From the NCBI GenBank assembly GCA_963743915.1, contig CAVURN010000002.1:96001-160000 (forward strand): a stretch of DNA of 64,000 nucleotides. The letters are read 5' to 3'. A program made the position numbers and the translations under genes. This document shows positions 55,258 to 64,000 of this stretch, one piece after another (position 1 is the stretch's first letter; each line of letters opens with the position of its first letter). Under the pieces are notes generated by a model. The model made no database searches, was not told the DNA's origin, and worked only from the letters and a program-made list of their open reading frames with translations. The stretch is from an uncultured Actinomycetota bacterium. GTDB lineage: Bacteria; Actinomycetota; Actinomycetes; JAHEKZ01.

Positions 55258-56290
55258 GTGGACGTCTCGCTGGGCATGTGGCTCGGCACGGTCGGCCTGG
55301 TCCTCGTGCTGCTGACCCTCGACTTCGTGGTGGGCCGCAACCCCCATGACGTGTCGATGCGGGAAGCCACCCTGTGGTCGGTCTTCTACGTCGGGCATCG
55401 CCCTGGCGTTCGGCGTCCTGGTGTGGACGCAGGCAGGAGCCGACTACGGCACGCAGTACTACGCCGCCTGGCTGGTCGAGAAGAGCCTGTCGGTCGACAA
55501 CCTCTTCATCTTCGTCATCATCTTCGCGAAGTTCGCCGTCCCCTCCGAGCTGCAGCAGCGGGCGCTGCTGATCGGCGTCGCCCTCGCACTGGTGCTCCGC
55601 GCGATCTTCATCGCGATCGGCGCCGCCGCTCTGGAGCTGTTCGCGTTCACCTTCGTGATCTTCGGGATCTTCCTGATCTGGACGGCAGTCCAGCTCTTCC
55701 GCCACCGTGACGAGGACGCGGACCTGGACGACAACGCGGTGCTTCGGGTCGCCCGGCGTCGCCTCTCCATCACCGACGAGTACCACGGCAACCGGCTGCG
55801 CATCACACAGGACGGCGTGCGGGCCTGGACGCCGATGGCTCTGGTGCTGGTGGCGATCGGCTCCACCGACCTGCTCTTCGCGCTGGACTCGATCCCTGCC
55901 ACCTTCGGAGTCACGTCCGAGCCGTTCCTCGTCTTCGCGGCCAACGCGTTCGCACTGCTCGGTCTGCGCGCGTTGTTCTTCGTGCTGCACAACCTGCTCG
56001 ACAAGCTCGTGTACCTGGCCATCGGACTGTCGGTGATCCTGGGGTTCATCGGGATCAAGCTGATCCTCACCTTCGTGCACGAGGTGGTGCCCGAGGTGCC
56101 CAAGGTCCCGACGAGCCTGTCCCTGGCCTTCATCCTGCTGACGCTCACCGTGACCACGGTGGCGAGCCTGGTGAAGGCTCGCCGGGATCCCAGCGCGCAC
56201 GCCCACAGCGGCGCGCTGCACGGCCACCGGACCACCGGTGCGTCGGCGTCGGACGAGTCGACGGGGGACCGGCCGACCACCGCGTCCTAG
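55258..56290 (+). CDS. Second TerC family membrane protein (frameshift near 55395)
   Basis: EKSLSVDNLFIF, DLLFALDSIPA, NAFALLGLR. Confidence 0.92.
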
Positions 56291-56299
56291 AGTCACCTC

Positions 56300-57106
56300 G
56301 TGCCTCTTCCCACCTTCGTGATCCCGGGCGTCCAGAAGTCGGGCACCACGACGCTGCACGACCTGCTGGGCCACCACCCCAGGATCTGGGTCTCGCGGCC
56401 GAAGGAGCTGCACTTCTTCGACCAGCACCGCGACCGCGGACTCGAGTGGTACGCGGACCAGTTCACCCCACAGCCAGAGGACGTCGCGTGGGGTGAGTCG
56501 ACCCCGCTGTACCTGTACAACGACCGGGTCCGGACGGACATGGCCCGCTCGCTCCCGGACACGAGGTACGTGGTGATGCTCCGCGAGCCGGTCTCTCGTG
56601 CCTACTCCCAGTACTGGTTCGCACGGAGCAAAGGGGTCGAGACGCTGCCGACATTCGCCGACGCGGTCGCCGCCGAGCCCGCGCGGCTGGCGAGACGACG
56701 GGACCGGCAGCCGGCGAAGTTCTCGTACCTGGACCGCGGGCACTACCTGCGTCAGCTGCGCTCGCTGGAGGACCTCGTCGGCCGGGAGCGCATCCTCGTG
56801 CACCTGCTCGAGGACCTCACGGCCGATCCGGTGAAGGTGGCGCAGCAGACCTGCAGCTTCCTGGGCGTCGACCCCGAGCCTCTGGAGACGGTCCAGCCCG
56901 CGGCCCGGAACACCTTCGCCGATCGCACGCTGAACCGGGCACCCGAGGGTGCCCGGGTCACCGCGGACGAGCGGGCCGAGGGAGTGCCGCGGGACGCCTA
57001 CCCACCGCTCGACCCCGACCTCGAGCAGGAGCTTCGAGGCATGTTCCGCGACGAGAACCGCGCGCTCGCCGAATGGCTCGACCGAGACCTGTCCACCTGG
57101 TGGTGA
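56300..57106 (+). CDS. PAPS-dependent sulfotransferase
   Basis: 5'-PSB GVQKSGTT, KELHFF, ESTPLY, 3'-PB LREPVSRAYS. Confidence 0.9.
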   Translation: MPLPTFVIPGVQKSGTTTLHDLLGHHPRIWVSRPKELHFFDQHRDRGLEWYADQFTPQPEDVAWGESTPLYLYNDRVRTDMARSLPDTRYVVMLREPVSRAYSQYWFARSKGVETLPTFADAVAAEPARLARRRDRQPAKFSYLDRGHYLRQLRSLEDLVGRERILVHLLEDLTADPVKVAQQTCSFLGVDPEPLETVQPAARNTFADRTLNRAPEGARVTADERAEGVPRDAYPPLDPDLEQELRGMFRDENRALAEWLDRDLSTWW

Positions 57107-57130
57107 CGGCGCACGCCACCGGCGTGCCGG

Positions 57131-57781
57131 TCACCATCCGCGGGCGCGCCACTCGGCGAGGTGGGGGCGCTCGGCGCCCAGGGTCGTGTCGCGACCGTGG
57201 CCCGGGTAGACCCAGGTCTCGTCCGGGAGGCGGTCGAAGAGACGGGTGACGACGTCCTCGAACAGCTGGGGAAACGTCTCGTCGGTGGTCTTGCCCACGC
57301 CGCCCGGGAACAGGCTGTCACCGGTGATCAGGTGAGGCGGTCCCGCAGGGTCGTCGTAGAGCAGTGCGATGCCACCCGGTGTGTGTCCACGCAGGTGGAT
57401 GACCTCCAGCATGACGTCACCGACGCGGATGGTGTCCCCGTGCTCGACGAGCAGGTCGATGTCGACGGGCAGCTCGGGGGCGTCCAGTGGATGCGCCACC
57501 GTCGTGGCCCTGGTCCGCTCGACCATCGCCGGGAGCGCCTGCCAGTGGTCGCCGTGACGGTGCGTGGTGACGATCGACTCGAGCCCGTCCTCGCCCACGA
57601 GCACGCTGAGCACCTCGGGCTCGTCAGCTGCGTCGACGAGCAGCTGTGCCCCGGTGCGGCGACAGCGAAGCAGGTAGCAGTTGTTGTCGTACGGACCCAC
57701 CGCGACCTTGCTCAGCACCAGGGCGGGCAGCTCCCGGACGTGGGCCGGACCCCCCACGACGACGTCACCGGTGTAGCCCAC
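57131..57781 (-). CDS. MBL-fold metallo-hydrolase
   Basis: THRHGDH, GHTPG, GDSLF, YPGHG. Confidence 0.9.
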   Translation of the reverse strand: MGYTGDVVVGGPAHVRELPALVLSKVAVGPYDNNCYLLRCRRTGAQLLVDAADEPEVLSVLVGEDGLESIVTTHRHGDHWQALPAMVERTRATTVAHPLDAPELPVDIDLLVEHGDTIRVGDVMLEVIHLRGHTPGGIALLYDDPAGPPHLITGDSLFPGGVGKTTDETFPQLFEDVVTRLFDRLPDETWVYPGHGRDTTLGAERPHLAEWRARGW

Positions 57782-57794
57782 GCGTTCTCCTTCG

Positions 57795-58518
57795 TCAGAC
57801 CCATGCGGGAGCTGCGGGCAGGGGGGTTCCGTCGGTGGTGTGGACCCCTGGATGGGCCCGTCCCAGCAGCCAGGCGAGCAGGTCGGCCTCGGTGCCGACG
57901 ACGTCCGGCCCGGATCGACCGACCTGCCAGCACCTTCCGGTGTCGGTGCACCGAAGGGTGTGGGCGGGCACCTCGCGTCGACTGCGGAAGAAGGGGGTGA
58001 CCTGGTCGAGGGTGCGGACGGTGAAGGCAGGCGACCAGTCGACCGGTCGGTACTCGGCTCCGAGGTCGACGCGGTGGACCTCGATCTCACGGATCCGGAC
58101 GGCGGCGAGCTCCCACGCGCCGATCTCCGCGCCCGATCCCAGCCGCAGGGTGCGGGCGCCCAGAGGCTCCCGGAGCCGGTCCAGGGCGAGGCCCAGCTGC
58201 TCTGCGGTGAGGCGCGCCTCCGCGACCAGCTCGGACCAGGGCAGCGCGGCGCGCCGGTCGATCTCGGCGGAGCGCTCCTCCGGGGACCCGTACATCGGGG
58301 TCTGGACCCCGGACTCCGCCCACCGGACGAGGTTGAGCAGACCGAGCGCGTTCCCCGCCAGGTGGCCCACCACGTGGCTGCGCGTCCACCCGGCAGCGCG
58401 GACGGTGCGGCAGCCCAGGCCTGGTCCCGTCCGCCGAGGTCGGCGCTGAGGGCGGCCTCGGACGCGGCCAGCTCGACCAGGTGGGTGCGGGGCAGCGCAG
58501 TGAGGACGGGGCGGTCAC
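57795..58518 (-). CDS. Mycothiol-dependent maleylpyruvate isomerase family protein (frameshifted 5' part)
   Basis: LPGWTRSHVVGHL, REIEVH.VDL, LLAWLLGR. Confidence 0.85.
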
Positions 58519-58560
58519 GGTCCGACGCTACTCCAGCGGGAACCGGCTTCGGGAAGAACC

Positions 58561-58582
58561 TGTCGGAGCCCGTGGTTAGGCT
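58561..58582 (+). promoter_or_regulatory. PafBC/RecA-NDp promoter, leaderless uvrA
   Basis: TGTCGG-N10-TAGGCT, ATG 6 nt later. Confidence 0.82.
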
Positions 58583-58588
58583 GGACCG

Positions 58589-61459
<2,871 letters not shown>

Positions 61460-61475
61460 CCCGGGCGAGCGCCGC

Positions 61476-62189
61476 TCAGAGCACGCCGAGGGCCACTGCG
61501 AGGGCGAAGCCGGCCACCACGAAACCACCCGTCCAGGTGCGTTCGACGGCGTACGAGTCCGGGAGCATCGTGTCGGCCACCATGGTGAGCAGGGCACCGG
61601 CGGCGAACGCCTCGGGGAGCCCGCCGCCGTCGGTCTCGAGCAGAAGGTAGCCCAGACCGGAGGCGACGGCCGATACCACCATCACGGCGCTCCACATGCC
61701 GATGATCCGGCCCGCCGGCCATCCGGACGCCCGCAGACCCGAGGTCGACGCCATCCCCTCGGGCAGGTTCGAGAGGGCGACCCCCGCCAGCAGCGGGATG
61801 CTCACGCCCCCCTGCAGCACGGTGAGCCCGAGGACGAACGACTCCGGGATGCCGTCCAGCACGGAGCCGAGGACGATGGCCAGGCCACGCGACTCGTCCT
61901 CGGGGCCGCCCGGGTGCTTGCGGCGCCCTCCGCCCGCCCGCTCGATCAGACGGGCACCCACCAGGAAGACGCCCGAGCCGAGGAACATCGCCAGCGAGAC
62001 CTGCCAGAGCGGGATGGAGGCCACAGCGTCGTCCACGAGCTCGTAGGCCACCGACCCGATGAGCACACCCGCGCCGAGCGCCATGACGACCGCTCCGGTG
62101 CGGACACTCGGTCGGGCGACCAGGGCGATCAGCGCGCCGATCAACAGGGTGCCGGCCGCGGCGGCACCGACCAGCAGGGCCTCAGACAC
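61476..62189 (-). CDS. ZIP family metal transporter
   Basis: LDGIPES, SNLPEG, AFAAGA.L.M; multiple TM. Confidence 0.85.
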   Translation of the reverse strand: MSEALLVGAAAAGTLLIGALIALVARPSVRTGAVVMALGAGVLIGSVAYELVDDAVASIPLWQVSLAMFLGSGVFLVGARLIERAGGGRRKHPGGPEDESRGLAIVLGSVLDGIPESFVLGLTVLQGGVSIPLLAGVALSNLPEGMASTSGLRASGWPAGRIIGMWSAVMVVSAVASGLGYLLLETDGGGLPEAFAAGALLTMVADTMLPDSYAVERTWTGGFVVAGFALAVALGVL

Positions 62190-62229
62190 CGGTCACCACG
62201 GCGCCACTGTGCCAGACGTCCCCCGTCTG

Positions 62230-62592
62230 TCAGACCGGTCCGGCCACCAGCCCGATGACGGTGAGCACGGTGAACCACAGGCCGATCAGGAGGGCGAGCA
62301 CAGCCGGGACGACAGCGCGACGGTCACCCACCCGGTAGGCCCGCCAGCCGTAGAACCCGGCGGTGACGCTGGGTACGAGCATGACGAGCAGGGCGGGCAC
62401 GCTCGCGGCCAGATTCACCCAGAACGGCGCGTCGGCGTTCTCGGGCTGGTAGCCGAAGAGGGCGTAGAGGCTCTCGCCGACCGCCATGGCCAGGATGAGG
62501 AAGAGCGGGACGAGGGCGAGGGAGATCCAGGCGCGGGTGACCGAACGGCCATCCCGCGAGGCGTCGCGCGAAGTCTCGGGCAGGGTCTGCAT
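62230..62592 (-). CDS. Hypothetical three-TM membrane protein
   Basis: RBS AAGGAG; three hydrophobic segments. Confidence 0.6.
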   Translation of the reverse strand: MQTLPETSRDASRDGRSVTRAWISLALVPLFLILAMAVGESLYALFGYQPENADAPFWVNLAASVPALLVMLVPSVTAGFYGWRAYRVGDRRAVVPAVLALLIGLWFTVLTVIGLVAGPV

Positions 62593-62674
62593 GACGTGCT
62601 CCTTCCGCCGGGACAAGCCTGTGACACTGCGTGATCCGGCCCCAGAGGCCTTGGGCCCGGCCGGAGGACGCAGT

Positions 62675-62696
62675 GGTCGGCGGACGGACGTAGGCT
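62675..62696 (+). promoter_or_regulatory. PafBC-like promoter upstream of Rieske-uvrC
   Basis: GGTCGG-N10-TAGGCT (one mismatch). Confidence 0.5.
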
Positions 62697-62728
62697 CGGA
62701 ACGCGACCCCCGGCCGAGAGGACTCCCC

Positions 62729-63223
62729 ATGGACCAGCGCAGCGACGAGCGACTGTCCGGACTGGTACCGCGCCGCACGATGCTCCGCGGTGTGGCTGCG
62801 GGCGGGGCAGCAGTGGCCGGGGGAGCACTGCTCGCCGCCTGCGGCGACGACACGACCGGTGACGGCAGCCCTTCGCCCGCGCCGGCACCGACCTCGGAAC
62901 CGTCGACCGAGCCGGGGGGCAGCGGTGGTGGCGGCGCCGACGTGCTGGTGGCCACCGCGGAGGTTCCCGAAGGTGGCGGCGTGATCCTGTCCGACGCCGA
63001 GGTCGTGGTGACGCAGCCCACGGCCGGCGACTTCAAGGCGTTCTCGGCCATCTGCACGCACCAGGGCTGCACGGTTGGGGATGTCGCCGGCGGTGTCATC
63101 GTCTGCCCCTGTCACGGATCGCAGTTCTCCGTCGAGGATGGCTCGGTGACGGCAGGGCCAGCCCCCAGCCCGCTGCCGGAGGTCGCCATCACCGTCGACG
63201 GCAAGAACGTGGTCCGCGCCTGA
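62729..63223 (+). CDS. Tat-exported Rieske 2Fe-2S lipoprotein
   Basis: RR twin-Arg, LAAC lipobox, CTHQGC and CPCHGS. Confidence 0.92.
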   Translation: MDQRSDERLSGLVPRRTMLRGVAAGGAAVAGGALLAACGDDTTGDGSPSPAPAPTSEPSTEPGGSGGGGADVLVATAEVPEGGGVILSDAEVVVTQPTAGDFKAFSAICTHQGCTVGDVAGGVIVCPCHGSQFSVEDGSVTAGPAPSPLPEVAITVDGKNVVRA

Positions 63224-63226
63224 CCC

Positions 63227-64000
63227 GTGGACCCCGCCCTCTACCGACCAGCCCCCGGCAGCGTTCCCGACCGGCCCGGCGTCTACCGGTTCCTCGACGC
63301 GGAGTCGCGCGTCGTCTACGTGGGCAAGGCCAAGAGCCTGCGCAGCCGGCTCGCGCAGTACTTCCAGGATCCGGAGGCGCTGCATCCGCGCACCCGGTCG
63401 ATGGTGTGGGCCGCGGCGTCCGTCGAGTGGACCGTGGTGGCGACCGAGGTCGACGCCCTGCAGCTGGAGTACGCCTGGATCAAGGAGTTCGATCCTCGCT
63501 TCAACATCAAGTACCGGGATGACAAGTCCTACCCGTTCCTGGCGGTGAGTGTCGGTGAGGAGTTCCCTCGTGCCCTGGTGATGCGCGGCGCCAAGCGCAA
63601 GGGAGTTCGCTACTTCGGGCCGTACTCCCACGCCTGGGCGATCCGCGAGACGCTGGACCAGCTGCTGCGGGTGTTTCCGATCCGGTCGTGCAGCGCGGGC
63701 GTCTTCCGCCGTGCCGGACAGATGGGGCGTCCCTGCCTGCTCGGGTACATCGACAAGTGCACCGCCCCGTGTGTCGGACGGATCTCACCCGACGAGCACC
63801 GCGCGCTCGTCGACGATCTCTGCGCCTTCCTCGCCGGAGACGCCGCTCGCTTCATCAAGCAGCGTGAGCGGGAGATGCGCGAGGCGTCCGATGCCCAGCA
63901 GTACGAACGTGCGGCAAGGATGCGTGACGACATCAGGGCCCTCGAGCGCGCACTGGAGCGGAATGCCATCGTGCTGCCCGATGACACCGATGCCGACGTC
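63227..64000 (+). CDS. uvrC: Excinuclease ABC subunit C (3' truncated by window)
   Basis: Hand translation from GTG 63227: [32 protein letters not shown]. Confidence 0.95.
   Translation, partial: MDPALYRPAPGSVPDRPGVYRFLDAESRVVYVGKAKSLRSRLAQYFQDPEALHPRTRSMVWAAASVEWTVVATEVDALQLEYAWIKEFDPRFNIKYRDDKSYPFLAVSVGEEFPRALVMRGAKRKGVRYFGPYSHAWAIRETLDQLLRVFPIRSCSAGVFRRAGQMGRPCLLGYIDKCTAPCVGRISPDEHRALVDDLCAFLAGDAARFIKQREREMREASDAQQYERAARMRDDIRALERALERNAIVLPDDTDADV

Overview
High-GC actinobacterial chromosomal window, probably from an imperfectly polished long-read assembly: frameshifts also hit aroK, aroB and uvrB. Two core backbones are joined at tRNA-Leu(CAA). The first is aspS-rarA-alaS-ruvX-mltG-aroE...aroC-aroK-aroB-aroQ-pepQ-efp-nusB. 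The second is liv-polA-rpsA-coaE-uvrB-terC-uvrA-Rieske-uvrC. The main accessory element is a ~17 kb block between aroE and aroC. It encodes a roadblock (MglB-like)/DUF4388/MglA-like small GTPase module next to a retractile type IV pilus system (PilB with MshEN-like repeats, PilT, PilC, two major-type pilins, minor pilins including a large putative tip adhesin, PilD, PilMNO, PilP-like). Six copies of a FliA/WhiG-type promoter motif (CT[C/A]A-N16/17-G[C/T]CGA[T/A]) precede its transcription units, and a c-di-GMP-I riboswitch precedes the major pilin. Together these suggest a sigma28- and c-di-GMP-controlled pilus system with a possible polarity switch. Other notable items: an apparently circularly permuted LivJ-type binding lipoprotein, a PAPS-synthesis/priming-glycosyltransferase/sulfotransferase set suggesting a sulfated glycan, a LexA-boxed DUF222-HNH gene, and PafBC-type DNA-damage promoters.
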